Shown here: in pieces, positions 1 through 14,272 of the stretch | Numbering within the stretch: position 1 is the first letter of the stretch | Layout: every line of letters starts with the position of its first letter | From: Leucoraja ocellata | Lineage: Eukaryota | Direction: 5' to 3' | Length of the DNA stretch: 64,000 nt | NCBI GenBank assembly: GCA_036785375.1 | Contig: JAWMAR010000175.1 | Location: 1,116,001 to 1,180,000 of the forward strand | Program-made: the position numbers and the translations under genes | The notes under the pieces: generated by a model | What the model saw: the letters and a program-made list of their open reading frames with translations, nothing else | Told to the model about the DNA's origin: nothing | Databases searched by the model: none

Positions 1-369
1 TTACTTTCTGCTGATAGTCGCAACACTTCCCCTGAAAGATCTTTTATAGGAAAGGTCTCAGAATATAGAGATGTTAAGAATAACAATTTGTTCAGGTTAA
101 GTTTGCTCAACTAATAACTAAAATGGGACAGGCCGTGCTGTCTTCTCACTGTTACCATCGGACAGGAGACACAGAAGTGTAAATGTCCCACACTCCCAGT
201 TCAAAAAAAGCTACTGTCCCATCAGGTTCTTTAACTGATCTAATGCTACCACAGCAACGGAACACTATAGACCATCTCTTGGCAACAATGCATTGTTTAA
301 TTTTCTGAATTCCATTTTATAGATAATAGACGATGTCATATGACAATTACCTGAATGGTGCAGGAGCTG

Positions 370-1943
370 TCAAAAGCCATCAATGTAATGAGATGCTTGG
401 CAGGTTTAGAGTGGGGAGCAGATATATTATCGCTTAAACATATCTATGTATCACTGATCAGATCCAGACTAGAGTATGGCAGTATAGCTTATGGATCAGC
501 ATCTAAGGCAGTGTTGTCCGAGTTGGACAAAGTCCAAGCGGAAGCTCTAAGAATCTGTATAGGAGGTGTGCGGACGTCACCTGTATGTGCACTACAGGTG
601 GAAACTGGGGAGATGCCATTGAGACTGCGCCGCAGACAACTAATGGCTAATTACTGGCTAAGCCTTAAGGGTCATGGAGAGAACCACCCAACAAAACAGG
701 TAGTACAGGAGTGCTGGGAGAGAGGGGTGGCTCAGTCTGGAAGCTTCGGCTGGGTTGGAGGAGGTGTGGCAAGGGACATGGAAGTAGAGGACAAAGAGTT
801 CTGCCCTGCAGTATTGTGGCCATCTGTCCCAATATGGTTACTGAACATCCCAAAAATTGATCTGGAGATATGGGAGGCAAAAAGGAGGGAGAAAAATTCG
901 GACCTAAAAACAGAATACCATAACCATATATATATAATAGATACAGGGAACACCTCTTAATCTTCACAGATGGATCAAAGGACCCAGTAGCTGAAACAAC
1001 AGGGGCAGCTGTGGTAGTGCAAGGGATGAATGTTGAGATTTGCAAAAGAACAAATAACTATTTGGCAGTATATACAGTGGAACTGTACGCTATTTTGATG
1101 GCAGTTCGATGGATAGAACAGGTGCAACCATGCAAAATATTAATTTGTAGCGACTCATTGTCTGCAATGCAGAGTATTGGGTCTGGTGCATCCCATAGGT
1201 GGCCTGACCTAGTGTATGAAATTCTACTACTATTAAGCCAAGTAACAAGGAAGGGCAGTGACGTGACTTTGTTGTGGGTCCCAGCACACATTGGTGTGCT
1301 AGGAAATGAAAAAGTGGATAAATTAGCAAAAGAGGCCGTTAAAAAAGAGAACATAGAGTTAAACCTACAATTATCCAAATCTGAAGGAAGACACATTGTG
1401 TGGAAGAAAATAAATCAGGAATGGCAACAATACTGGGAACAGGAAACAAAGGGGAGACACCTCTATTCGCTACAAAACAGAGTGGGCATTACAGCAAGAA
1501 GAGGGGGCAACAGGAGAGAACAGGTAGTATTAGCAAGATTGAGGATAGGACACACCCACCTGAACAGCACATTAAAAATGTTGGGAAAACACCCTACTGG
1601 GATGTGTGAGGAATGCCATCAGCCGGAAACAGTTCAGCATGCTCTAGTTGCATGTAGAAGATATGCAACAGAAAGGAGAGTTTTGATCAATGAAATGAAG
1701 AAAATTGGAATGACAGATATATCAGAAAAGAACATTCTAGAGTATGGAGGGGAAGGAAAAGGAGTAAATTTGTTGTTTAATTTCTTGAGGGCCTCTGGCC
1801 TTATAAAAAGGATATAAAGTAAAGACATGAGGACTGTGGAGTGAAGCCAGAAGGTGGCAGCAATGCAACATTGTGGATGCCGGCTGCCGTAAAACTCCAA
1901 AGAAGAAGAAGAAGAAGAAGAAGAAGAAGAAGAAGAAGAAGAA
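370..1943 (+). mobile_element. 5'-truncated I-group (Nimb-like) LINE: RT C-terminus, RNase H, CCHC finger, (AAG)n tail
   Basis: ORFs 355-960 and 1011-1817 are joined by a frameshift in a (TA)n run at ~930. RNase H motifs FTDGS, ELYAI, SDSLS and WVPAHIGVLGNEKVD are present, plus a CEEC..H..C finger. (AAG)n tail at 1899-1943. 13-bp TSD GGTGCAGGAGCTG at 357-369 and 1944-1956. Confidence 0.9.
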
Positions 1944-2680
1944 GGTGCAGGAGCTGGTCATTTGGCCCTTTGAGCCAGCACCACCATTCACTGTGACCAT
2001 GGTTGATCATCCACAATCAGTATCCCGTTCCTGCCTTCTCCTCATAGAGGGGGGGAGAGAGGGGGGGAGAGAGGGGGGGGGANNNNNNNNNNNNNNNNNN
2101 NNNNNNNNNNNNNNNNNNNNNNNNNNNNNNNNNNNNNNNNNNNNNNNNNNNNNNNNNNNNNNNNNNNNNNNNNNNNNNNNNNNNNNNNNNNNNNNNNNNN
2201 NNNNNNNNNNNNNNNNNNNNNNTCCAGCATGTCCAAACTTTAATAATCTTATATGTTTCAATAAGATATCCTCTCATCCTTCTAAACTCCAGAGTATATA
2301 AGTCCAGCCGCTTCATTCACGCAGCATATGACAGTCCTGCCTTCCCGAGAATTAACCTTGTAAATCTATGACACAATGTTGGGTGGAGGTGTGAACTGTG
2401 AGGATACTATGGTCCCTTAATTTGGGGAAGGACATTCTTGCTACTTAGGGACTGCAGCATAGATTTAGAAGGTTAATTCCTGGGATGGCGGGATTGTCAT
2501 ATGCTGAGAGAATGGAGTGGCTGGGATTGTATACTCTGTAGTTTAAAAGGATGAGAGGGAATCTTATTGAAACATATAAGATTATTAAAAATTTGGACAC
2601 TCTAGAGGAAGGAAACATGTTCCCGGTGTTGGTGGAGTCCAGAACCAGAGGCCACGGTTTAAGAATAAGGAGTAAGTTTG
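1944..2680. mobile_element. CR1 LINE 3' fragments (minus copy spanning an N gap, then a plus copy)
   Basis: CR1 C-terminal peptides (LYTLEFRRMRGYLIETYKII) and a CR1 3' UTR matching other copies in the window. Confidence 0.75.
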
Positions 2681-4834
2681 AATAAAAATGTCCCAAATCT
2701 CGTAGTTTTATTAATTGAAAATGCAGATGAACATCCTCAAAGAGTGTAATCAGATGGAAACTGATTCAGATGCGATGTTTAACAGCTTATTCAAAGAAGG
2801 GGCATATTTTAAAGATGTGTCAGAGATACTTGCAGGGAAATGTGTGAGGAGATTATTACTTGTCTTTAGTTTTAGCTTGAACTAGGACATCTGAAGATTC
2901 AAAGTTTAATATAGCAATTGTGCTGAGACTGCCTCCAGCCAACCATGTAATGAATATCATCCATTCCGGAGTTTTTATTTTTCTAATGCCATTTAAACTT
3001 CACTTGGATTTCAATCACTTCAATGTAAAAGTAATTGGGAATGGAGAGCATTGGAACAAAAATTTGCCCTCGGCACATACTAACTGTAATATAATAATGT
3101 ATGCATGTTGGTAGATGCAATCAAAACAAAGATCTTTTTATTATTGTGTTATGAATACCACAGAAAATATTATGTACTCTCAAGCTCACATTTAATAGAA
3201 TATCGCTTAAATATATAGCTATTGGACTTTGCATTTCAGAAAAGTCCCAGCTGAGAGGAAGACTGAATACTGAAAATATTGGGGGGTGAAAATATTGGGG
3301 GTGAAAATGACTTCAGGACACTTTGTTAGGAAAATGAAGGAAATGGTAACAAAATACTTATACAGCTGATTGCGTGTAATTTTATGGATGAGAAATTGTG
3401 TTCAACCAATTGATGACTTCTTTGACAAAGTAACTAGCATGTTAGATAACAAGGAAGCCAAAGTGTGTAGCAAAATTTGTTACACAAAATTTGGTCTGTG
3501 AAGTGCCCCATAAAAGATTACCACATTAGATAAGCACCTGTGGACTTGAACGTAATAGGTTAAGTCTAGGGGGTCAGATATGGGGCTTTATGTGTGGGCC
3601 AGATGTATTGTCAGTGCAGAGGGGCTAGGAGCAAGGCCAAGTGTGCATCCAGTCAAGGTCTGGAATAGTACAAGGTGTGCAGTCAAAGCTGGGACAATTG
3701 AAGTGTTCAGCACTGGGAACCTAAGCAGGTAAGCAACTATGATCAGGGTACAATAGGTGGCCAGGTGTAAGGCTGGACTCAGGGTCAGGAATGAGAGAGG
3801 TAAACAACTGGAGTACCATGCGTGCAGTGAGACCCAGGTTGGTCAACATGGGCCAAGTGCTTCGTTATAATCTGATTTCCATACTTGAATACACTAAGAT
3901 CATTCATGTGCTGCACCTGTTGATCGGAGCCTGGCTCTACTGTGCAATGTAATTAGGAATGTAATTTAGCCTAACCTTATTCATAGGTAATGCAATTTAA
4001 AGCATAAATATTGCATTCAAGTGTAAATTAAAAGACGCGCTAAAGTATGCACCAGATTGCACAACTTCAAGCTGAGAACTGCAGAAGCTCCATACCAATG
4101 GGAGAGGGGGGACACCCCGCCCCCTGGTCGCTACGCTCCCTCGGGCTTGGTCTCTCGCAATTTCTCACTCCCAACTCTCACCCAATGTTGGCAGCCCTGA
4201 TTGTAATCATGTATAGTCTTCACATTGGCTGTTTAGCACGTAACAAAAAGCTTTTCACTGTACCTCAGTACATCTGCCAATACAATGAACTAAAGTAAAC
4301 CTATCCTGGGTAAAAGACTCTGTACACTCACCCCATCTATTCCACTCTTGTGCACCGTGCTCCAAAGACGTGTGGGTTTGTAGGTTAATTGGCCCTCTGT
4401 AAATTGGCCCTAGTGTGTAGGGAGTGGATGAAATAGTGGGATAGCATAGAACTATTGTGAACGGGCGATCAAAGATCGGCATGGACTATGTGGGCCGAAG
4501 GGTCTGTTTCCTTGCTGAATCTCTAAACTAAACTAAAGTAAACTTGCATTTTCCTGGTTTACCCAGTGTTGTTGCCACAGTCTGCCACCTAGTGGTGACT
4601 GTGCTGAACTCACTCCTGGTTTTCTCAGTATTCCTGACCAGGGAAATGCCAGGAACTCTTTTTCTCGGCATTGGGCAAGAAAGGTTATTTTTTTGTTAAA
4701 GTGTTTCCAAGTTGCTTCACGTAACTCTGCAAATATCACCAGCCATTTGCAGAGTTTACATGGCAGGTACCATAACAACAATTAAAGACATTTGGACAGG
4801 GATAGGAAAGATCCTGAAGGATATGGTCTGCCTC

Positions 4835-5775
4835 AGGGTTCGTTACTGTTAGTCAGCTACATCAATGATTTGGTTGAGAACATACATGGTAAGATTAGCA
4901 AGTTTGCAAATGATACAAAAGTGAGTATTTTTACAGATAGTGAAGGTGGTTGTGAACAATTGCAGCAGGGTCTTGATCGATTGGCCAGGTGGACGGAGGA
5001 ATGGTTGATGGAATTTAATACAGAGAAGTGTGAGGTGTTGCAATTTGGGAAGTCTAACGTGGGCAGGACCTACACAGTGAATGGTCGGGCTCTGGGGAGT
5101 GTTGTAGAGCAGAGGGTTCTAGGAGTGTACGTGCATGGTTCCTTGAAGGTGGAGCCACAGATAGATGATGTGGTACATTGGCCTGCATAACTCCGTCAGT
5201 GTATTGAGTATAGAAGTTGGGAGGCCATGTTGCAGTTGTATAAGACGTTGGTGAGGCCGCATTTAGAGTATTGTGTTCAGTTCTGGGCACCATGTTATAG
5301 GAAAGATGTAGTCAAGCTGGAAAGGCTACAGAGAAGATTCATGAGGATGTTGCCAGGACTATAGGGTGTGAGCTATAGCGAGAGGTTGAGTAGGCTAGGT
5401 CTCTATTCCATGGAGCACAGGAGGATGAGGGGTGATCTTATAGAGGTGTATATAACCATGAGAGAAATAGATCGGGCAGATGCACAGAGTCTCTTACTCA
5501 GAGTAGGTGAATCGAGGACTAGAGAACATAGGTTTAAGGTGAAGGGGAAAAGATTTAATAAGAATCTCAGGGGTAACTGTATGGAACAAGCTGCCAGAGG
5601 AGGTAGTTGAGGCAGGGACTATCCCAATGTTTAAGAAACAGTTAGACAGGTACATGGATAGGGCAGGTTTGGAGGGATATGGATCAAACGTGGGCAGGTG
5701 GGACTAGTATAGCTGGGACATGTGGGTTGTTGTGGGCCGAAGGGCCTGTTTCCATGCTGTATGACTCTATGACGA
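4835..5775 (+). mobile_element. CR1 LINE fragment (RT C-terminal half and 3' UTR), degenerate
   Basis: PQGS, KFANDTK, FNTEKCEV and RRMRGDLIEVY motifs, with stops and frameshifts. Confidence 0.85.
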
Positions 5776-6659
5776 TGATATGAATCTAACGCAAGCAGGT
5801 GGGACTAGTGTGGATGGGGCACCATGGTCAGCATGGGCATGTTGGGTCGAAGGGCCTGTGTCTGTGATGTGTGATTGTGACTATTTCACCAGTGAGAAAG
5901 TAAAGAGCACATGATGGTACATGGCAGGAAGTTGTTTACAGCTCTATAGGACTTTAGTTCAGCCACATTTGGAGTATTACGTGCAGTTCTGGTCGCCCCA
6001 TTACAGGAGGGATGTGGAGGTTTGGAGAGAATGTATAGAATGTTGACCAGAATAACACCTGCATTGGTTGGGATTAGCTACAGGGAGAGGTCGCTCTGGT
6101 GAATTGTTTTCTCTGGATTGCCCGGAGGTTTCGAGGAGCCCTGATACAAGTCTAGAACATTATGAGAGGCAGAGTTCGGGTAGACAGTCAGAACCTTTTT
6201 TCCCAGCATTGAAAAATCAAATATTAATGGGCGTGGCTTTAAAATGAAAGGGGCAAAGTTTAAATGAGATTTGTGAGGCAGGTTTTTCACACAGAGGGCG
6301 GTGGGTGTCTGGAACTGACGGCTGGGGCATGGTGGTTGAGAAAGATATGTTAGAGCCATTTTAAAGGCCTGTAATTGCACTGTACTGTTGTATGTTGTAT
6401 GATCTATGTTCCAGCTGTACACTCAACATTTGGCCGGATCACTGATGTCCAGATAAACCAAGCGTGGCCAACTTCCTGCCCACACAGGATGATTGACTGC
6501 ACTTTACGTGCGCTGGCAGAACGTAGCGGTTGGTACAAGGACACAATGCAGAAATATCTTTATAATATTTCATGCAGTAACTGAAGCCAGAACAAGATGA
6601 TTTTGTTGATGATGTTTGCAGTATAATACACACACAAAGCTCTAATGCATGGACTAGCA

Positions 6660-7691
6660 ATGTTACAAAATGTTGAGATGTTAAAAATCAAGTCTGCAAT
6701 TTATCCCATCAGATAAAGCATAAAAAGAAGTTTAATTTGACACCTAATTCACTTTCATAACTTCAGTATTAAAACAGTTATGGCCATTTTCATACTCTGA
6801 AATTAGCATCTTGTTCCCTACTGCTTTTCCATTGACTTAACACAAAAGCTGTGATCGAGGACAGTCAAAAGCCCATAGCTTTATTAAAAATTAAGAGAAC
6901 TGAAAGAAATTTTCAGTTATTCTAGATTGAAGCATTCTGAAACAAATATGAAACAATCTTACTTGGATGACCTGAAATTAAAGCACATAATTAGTTAGTT
7001 ATCCAATTGTAGCTAATTACATAATTCAATTACTAGATTGAAACATCTATCAATTTCTTAAGAAAAGATCAACATGTTTAAATAGCCTAAGTGTCCAAAT
7101 AACATTCACACAAGAATTCACAATATAACATGATTTTTAAATCTCATTGTATTGGAGTTATAGGCCAAATGGAAGGAATTTAGTGTTTAATTCCCGTAAA
7201 TTAATGGCCATTTAAATCTTGCGGATGGGTTTTTCTGGAACGCGATCATTTGGAACGTTGCGATTGCAGTGAATTTGAACCCCATGTCGGCAGGAAAAAT
7301 ACTGCTGGTTCGGCTGGGCTCCAAGCCACCTTCTTGCAACTTAAAATTTTGATTAAAGGGATCTTAAGAAGCACTTTTTAATGTAAAAATAAACAGCGTA
7401 CCTTGCCTTGTCCCCTACATGAGATCCGTCCTGTTGTCGGCGTTTGCGGCTTTAGAAGATGATTTTTAATTTACTATAGCAATTGAATTATCCAACTTAG
7501 TTTAAAAATAACTGCAGAGAACAAATGTCGCAGCGATTTATCGTCAGCAACTAAACAGGCTGAACAACATCGATTTCAATAGCCTGGAGAAAACGGCGTT
7601 TTAAACCGCCCCCCCCCTCACAAAGGCGCCAAAGTCGCGCACACGGGCAGTGACAGAACTGCAGCGCCGCTGAAGGTAAGTTTTGCAACAT
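6660..7691. mobile_element. Non-autonomous DNA transposon-like element with short terminal inverted repeats
   Basis: ATGTTACAAAA at 6660-6670 and TTTTGCAACAT at 7681-7691 flank an AT-rich, non-coding body. Confidence 0.45.
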
Positions 7692-8424
7692 ACCTACATG
7701 GAAATTATGGATTAAACATTGTGTATAACCACTTGTTGCCCATTGTGTATACACTAAATGCAGGTTATCACATTTACAGTTGGGGTGACATGACCGTGGG
7801 CACGGACGGAGCAGTCTACCAGGTAGTGAGCACATTAGTCCTGACCCAGACAAGGGCCGGGACTTCCCGTCTCCTGGGCCCTGATGGAAGGTCCAGGTGA
7901 GAGTTCACAAGTTGCCAGGTCCAGAATGGCGATGCAGGTGAGGCTTCCACCAGATGGTCTGCTGGCCCTGCTCAGTGACAATGGTGACCACACTGTGCAC
8001 GAGAGTGTGTACACTTTTGAATAGTAGATCTTGTCCATTTCCCAATGAGCGCGTCAGGTATACAGTCATACCAGAAAAAAAGCAACAAGACACACAACTA
8101 CATAAACGTTAACATAAACATCCACCAGAGTGGCTCCCCCACATTCCTCACTGTGATGGAAGGCAATAAAGTCTAATCTTCTTTCCTCCTTATTCTCCCG
8201 TGATTGGGGCGGTCGAAGCTCCTGCGGTTGGAGCTCCTGAAGTCAGTCCTAAACCAGGGACCGCGAGCTCCACGATGTTAAGTCCGCAGGCTCCTGCGGT
8301 TGGAGCTCCCAAAGTCAATCCCCAGCAAGTGGTCACCAGCTCCTTGATGTTAGGCCTCAGTGTGGACGGGAATACAATACGGAAAAAAAATCGCAACTCC
8401 GTCAAGGAAAGAGATTTTAAAAAT

Positions 8425-9205
8425 CATCTTCCGACATTGGGATCCCTCTAATAGACACATCTTCCCATCTCCATCCCTTTCTGCTTTCCGCAGAGACCGT
8501 TCCCTCCGCAACTCCCTGGTTAACTCATCCTTTCCCACCCAATCCCCCCCCCCCCCCTTCTCCCCCTCCCCAGGTACTTTCCCCTGCAACCGCAGGAGAT
8601 GCAACACCTGTCCCTATATCTCATCCTCATCCCTCGACTCTGTCCAGGGACCCCGACAGTCTTTTCAGGTGGGACAGAGATTCACTTGCACCTCCTCCAA
8701 CCTCATCTATTGTATCCGCTGTTCCAGGAGTGGAGTCCGAGACCAAGCGCAGGTTCGGAGTCCACACCTCCGCTCAGTCCGCCTAAACCTATCTGATCTC
8801 CTGGTTGCTCAGCACTTTAACCCCCCCCTCCCATTCCCACAATGACCTCTATGTCCTGGGCTTCCTCCACTGGCAGTGAGGCACAGCACAAATTGGAGGA
8901 ACAGCACCTCATATTTAGCTTGGGCAGCTTACACCCCAGAGGTGTGAACATTGACTTCTCTAACATCAACTTCTCTAACGCTCTCTCTCCATCCCTCTCC
9001 CACCCTAATTCTCTGACTAGTTTCATTGTCCTTCTGATTAATTTTACTGTTTGTGTGCCTCGTTGTCAGCTAACAATGAACCATTCTACATTCCCTGTGC
9101 ATCGTCTGCTTTGATCTGTTTTCACACCTTATCCCTCCATATCTCTGGACTCCCTCTCCCCTGACTCTCAGTCTGAAGAAGAGACTCGACCCAAAACCTC
9201 ACCCA
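8425..9205 (+). mobile_element. Penelope-like element fragment (RT end/GIY-YIG region plus 3' repeat)
   Basis: AFRRDRSLRNSLV, CNRRRCNTCP, FTCTSSNLIYCIRC, QHFN and KLEEQHLIFSLG..P.G.N motifs. Confidence 0.85.
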
Positions 9206-9571
9206 AATGACAATAGATGGGGCACAGGGAAGAGAAGGGGTGAATAAAAAGGGGGTGGAGGGCAGTTGTTTGTTTATTAGTTACCTAAAATTGGAGAATC
9301 CGATGTTCCTACCTGTATGATCAAAGAACTCCAGATGCTTGTTTATTCCAAAGATAGACACAAAGTGATGGAGTAACTCAGCAGATCGATCAGGCAACAT
9401 CTCTGGAGGGAAGGATAGGTGACGTTTCGGGTTGGGACCCTTCGTCAGGGTGAGCAGCCGAGTTACTCCAGCACTTTGGGTCTATCAATGTCCCTACCAT
9501 TGGGTTGGAAGCTACACAGGCAGATTTGAGATTCTGTACCTCCCATTTACTTGTGGCTCCATTCTGGCAAT

Positions 9572-10032
9572 GAGTCAAGTCAAGTTTATTCGTCACATAC
9601 ACATACGAGATGAGCAGTGAAATGAAAAGTGGCAATGCTCGCGGACTTTGTGCAAAAAGACAAACAAACAACCAAACAAACTACAAACAGAATGGTCCAG
9701 AATCACATATTCTTTTACATATTAAATATTGTGAGCGGAAGGAAAAAGGGAAAAAAACAGCAATTTAAAAAAAAAGCAGTAGAGTGGTACAGTAAAGTTA
9801 GTCCCTGGTGAGATAGGAGTTTACAGTCCTAATGGCCTCTGGGAGGAAACTCCTTCTCAACCTCTCCGTTCTCACCGCATGGCAACGGAGGCGTTTGCCT
9901 GACCGTAGCAGCTGGAACAGTCCGTTGCAGGGGTGGAAGGGGTCTCCTATGATCTTATTGGCTCTGGAGTTGCACCTCCTGATGTATAGTTCCTGCAGGG
10001 GGGCAAGTGAAGTTCCCATAGTGCGTTCGGCC
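9572..10032 (-). mobile_element. Rex1/Babar-like LINE 3' end
   Basis: DPFHP..LFQLLRSGKRLR...TERLRRSFLPEAIR C-terminal motif and a (CTTGA)n tail. Confidence 0.8.
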
Positions 10033-10267
10033 GAATGCAATATTAGGACATGATTTGCAAGAGGTGTGACTGATTTTTCTCAGGGCAACACACAACTCTG
10101 TCAACAGCAGCGAGTGATAAGTTGTGAAGCTGAGAAAATGTCTTGTTCTGAATCTGTGACGTGTGAAATCTGGGCTGAGACACAGAGACAACTGAGCCAC
10201 AGTCCCTGGACATGGCTCAGTCACAACTGTGAAACACACAGAGTCAGAAACGTTCTTGGTGGTCTTG

Positions 10268-10855
10268 GTGGACAGGGTCTTGGTGAGACCACACCTGGAG
10301 TATTGCGTACAGTTTTGGTCTCCAAATCTGAGGAAGGACATTATTGCCATAGAGGGAGTGCAGAGACGGTTCACCAGACTGATTCCTGGGATGTCAGGAC
10401 TGTCTTATGAAGAAAGACTGGATAGACTTGGTTTATACTCTCTAGAATTTAGAAGATTGAGAGGGGATCTTATAGAAACTTACAAAATTCTTAAGGGGTT
10501 GGACAGGCTAGATGCAGGAAGATTGTTCCCGATGTTAGGGAAGTCCAGGACAAGGGGTCACAGCTTAAGGATAAGGGGGAAATCCTTTAAAACCGAGATG
10601 AGAAGAACTTTTTTCACGCAGAGAGTGGTGAATCTCTGGAACTCTCTGCCACAGAGGGTAGTTGAGGCCACTTCATTGGCTATATTTAAGAGGGAGTTAG
10701 ATGTGACCCTTGTGGCTAAGGGGATCAGGGGGTATGGAGAGAAGGCAGGTACGGGATACTGAGTTGGATGATCAGCCATGATCATATTGAATGGCGGTGC
10801 AGGCTCGAAGGGCCGAATGGCCTACTCCTGCACCTAATTTCTATGTTTCTATGTT
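10268..10855 (+). mobile_element. Young CR1 LINE 3' end
   Basis: Open frame LVRPHLEYCVQFWSP...GYGEKAGTGY and a (TTTCTATG)n tail. Nearly identical to 26440-27088. Confidence 0.95.
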
Positions 10856-11446
10856 CAGTTGCCACTGAAGATAAACACAAAATGCTGGAGTAACTCAGCG
10901 GGACAGGCAGCATCTCTGGTGAGAAGGAATGGGTGATGTTTTGTATCGAGATCCTTCTTCAACCCTTCTCGACCCTAAAACATCACCCATTTCTACTCTC
11001 CAGAGATGCTGCCTGTCCCGCTGAGTTACTCCATCAATTGCGTCTATCTTCGGTGTAAACCACCATCTGCAGTTCCTTCATACACATTTAATTGTCATCT
11101 GTACCAGCGACAGAACAATGAAATTCTAACTTGCTGTAGCTTTACACATCTGCAAACATAACGATGCACTGGTAAATATATACAAGATACAAAGAATTGA
11201 TTAGCCACGTGCGTAAGAACATACAAGGAATTTGATTTGCCATCCAGTCATACAAAAAGCAACAAGACACACAACTAAAAATTAACATAAACATCCAGGA
11301 CAGAGCACTGTGATGGAAGGTAATAACGTGTTATTTTCTTCCCTCCTTTTCTCCCGCGGTCAGAGCAGTCGAACCATCCGCAGTCGGAGTGGTCATAGCT
11401 CCCGCGTTGGAGCGATCGAAGTTCCCGCGATCGGGCCGGTTGAAGC

Positions 11447-11992
11447 GTACAGTTTTGATCTCCTAATCTGAGGAAGGACATTCTTGCCATAGAGGGAGTA
11501 CAGAGAAGGTTCACCAGACTGATTCCTGGGATGTCAGGAATTTCATATGAAGAAAGACTGAATAGATTCGGCTTGTACTCGCTAGCATTTAGAAAATTGA
11601 GGGGGGATCTTATAGAAACTTACAAAATTCTTAGGGGGTTGGACAGGCTAGATGAAGGAAGATTGTTCCCGATGTTGGGGAAGTCCAGAACAAGGGATTA
11701 CAGTTTAAGGATAAGAGGGAAGTCTTTTAGGACCGAGATAAAAAAATAATTTTTTACACAGAGAGTGGTGAATCTGTGGAACTCTGCCACAGAGGGTAGT
11801 TGAGGCCAGTTCATTGGCTACATTTAAGAGGGTTAGATGTGGCCCTTGTGGCTAAAGGGATCAGGTGGTATGGAGAGAAGGCAGGTACAGGATACTGAGT
11901 TGGATGATCAGCCATGATCATATTGAATGGCGGTGCAGGCTCGAAGGGCCGAATGGCCTACTCCTGCACCTATTTTCTATGTTTCTATGTTT
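11447..11992 (+). mobile_element. CR1 LINE 3' end nested in another repeat
   Basis: Same family as 10268-10855, with indels. Confidence 0.9.
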
Positions 11993-12569
11993 CGAAGCTC
12001 CCACGGTTGGAGCGCCCGAAGTCGATCCCTAACCAAGAGGCCGCCAGCTCCACCATGTTAAGTCCGCAGTGCGGACGGACACATGATCTGGTATTTTGTT
12101 GGTTCACATGCTTGATCAATGGTATTTTATCATTAATGTTTTATTATTATTAATGTTTAGTGTTTGCTGAGTCATTCGTAACTGTCAGTGTACATCATGT
12201 TGTTACTTGTGGGCGGAGCACCAAGGCAAATTCCTTGTATGTGAATACTTGGCCAATAAATGTACTTACTTATAGAAGTCGCATCTCCATCGAGGAAAGA
12301 GATTTTAAAAAGTCTCCCCCACCCCCCACATGATACAAAGCTAAAGCTACACTAAAACATAGATAAAATAGAATAAAAACAACAAAAGAAGAAAGGGATG
12401 AGACAGACTGTTGGCGAGGCTGCCATCAGACGGCGCCACCCAGTGGACAAAATATAATAATCAATTATACAATAACTTAATAATTAATACCACTGGGTAA
12501 CTATAACAGTGTAAAACCGAAGTCTGTAGTGCAACCAAAGACACAGTCCGTAGATCATCTTAATCATAA

Positions 12570-13310
12570 TCATAATTATAGTTTATTAGCAAAATATGTT
12601 TTGCAACATACGAGGAAATTCATTTGCCATACAGTCTTACCAATAAAAAGCAACAGAACACACAAAATACATTTTAACATGAATATCCACCACAGTGACT
12701 CCTCCACATTCCTCACCGTGAAGGAAGGTGAAAAAAAGATCAATCTCTCCCTTCTTTGTTCTCCAGCGGTCGGGGGCCTCTAACCTTCCGTTGACGGGAC
12801 GATCTTACTCCCGTAGCCAGCGGCGGGCCTCCTCGTCGGGGCGATCAAGCTCCTGCATCGGGGGGAATCACAGCTCTCCCGCGCTGGGTGATCTACCCCG
12901 GGTCGAACTTCGTGCGGTTTTGGAGCTTCCTGACATTGGTCTCTACCCGAGGCTGAGAGATCTCGATTGTGAAGTCCGCAGGCCGCTGTTGGAGCGTCAA
13001 TCCCAGGCAAGGAATCGGCTCCGATGGTAAGTCCAAGGCCCCGCGGTGGGGCTCAAAGTCTGTCCCCAGCAAGGCCTCCAGATCCACGATGTTAGGCCGC
13101 AGACCGACCGGAGATACGATCCAGAAAACAATCGCTTCTCCGGCAAGGTACGTGATCGAAAAAAACGTTTCCCCCCGATCCCACCCCCGACATAAAACAA
13201 ACCAGAGAACATTAACACACACTTTCCAAACACAATAAAAATAACAAAAAAAAGACGAAATGGACAGACAAACTGTAGGCGAGGCTGCCCTAGAAGCGCC
13301 ACCTGGTGGT
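12570..13310 (-). mobile_element. Non-coding LINE-derived/SINE-like repeat with a GC-rich body
   Basis: Shares the AACATCCACCACAGTGA...CCTCACTGTG-type block with copies at ~8100, ~11290, ~45560 and ~51070, and a related GC-rich opposite end. Confidence 0.55.
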
Positions 13311-13949
13311 ATATAGTTGCTGAGGTTAGCGCTGTGTCATGTTCAAGAGTTCAATTGAATATTTCAATATTCATACCATTGGGCTGTAAGCTGCCCAAAC
13401 AAAGTATGAGGTGCTGGTCCTCCAGTTTGCGTGTGGCCTCACTCCAGCTATAAAGGAGGCCCAGGACAGAGAGGTAACTATGGGGATGGGAAGGTGAGTT
13501 ACAGTGGTTGGCAAATGCGAGATCCAGCAGATTAAATCGTCAAAGGTTGCTTTGTTTTATCTGAAATCCTGAGCTGTTTGCACGATGTCTTGCAGGAAGC
13601 ATCACTGGGTGATGGAAAGTAGGTCAGATGGATAACTAATGTGTGATAATATATTTAAATGTTCATGAGTGATCTCTGTCTGCAAAACTCTGTCTGAAAG
13701 TCTTTCTGATTTTTTTAGTTTAGTTTCGAGATACAGGGCGGAAACAGGCCCGACAGCCTATCGAGTCCGCGCCGACCAGCGATCCCTGCACATTAAACAC
13801 TATCCTACACACAGTAGGAACAATTTACAATTTTACCGAAGCCAATTAATCTTTTAACATGTAGGTTTTTGGAATGTGGGAGGAAACTGGAGCACCCGTG
13901 GAAAACCCACGCAGGTCACGTGGAGAACGTACAAACTCCATATAGACAT

Positions 13950-14272
13950 TGGGCAGCACGGTGGCGCAGCGGTAGAGTTGCTGCATTACATCGCTTACAG
14001 CTCCAGAGACACGGGTTCGATCCCGACAACGGGTGCCGTCTGTACGGAGTTTGTACGTTCTCCCCGTGACCTGCGTGGGTTTTCTCCAAGATCTTTGGTT
14101 TCCTCCAACACTCCAAAGACGTACAGGTTTGTAGGTTAATTGGCCTTATATAATTGTAAATTGTCCCTAGTGTGTGTAGGATAGTGTTAATGTGCGGGGA
14201 TCGCTGGTCGGCACGGACTCGGTGGGCCGAAGGGCCTGTTTCCGCCCTGTATCTCTAAACTAAACTAAACTA
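13950..14272 (+). mobile_element. tRNA-derived SINE (HE1-like), inserted into an opposite-strand SINE (13715-14340)
   Basis: A box GGTGGCGCAGCGG, B box GGTTCGATCC, CR1-like 3' end and (CTAAA)n tail. Confidence 0.85.

Noticed and set aside
13950-14040. tRNA-like A/B boxes (also 16897, 25140, 49640, 53870)
   Set aside because: These are SINE heads followed by SINE body and tail, not cloverleaf tRNA genes.
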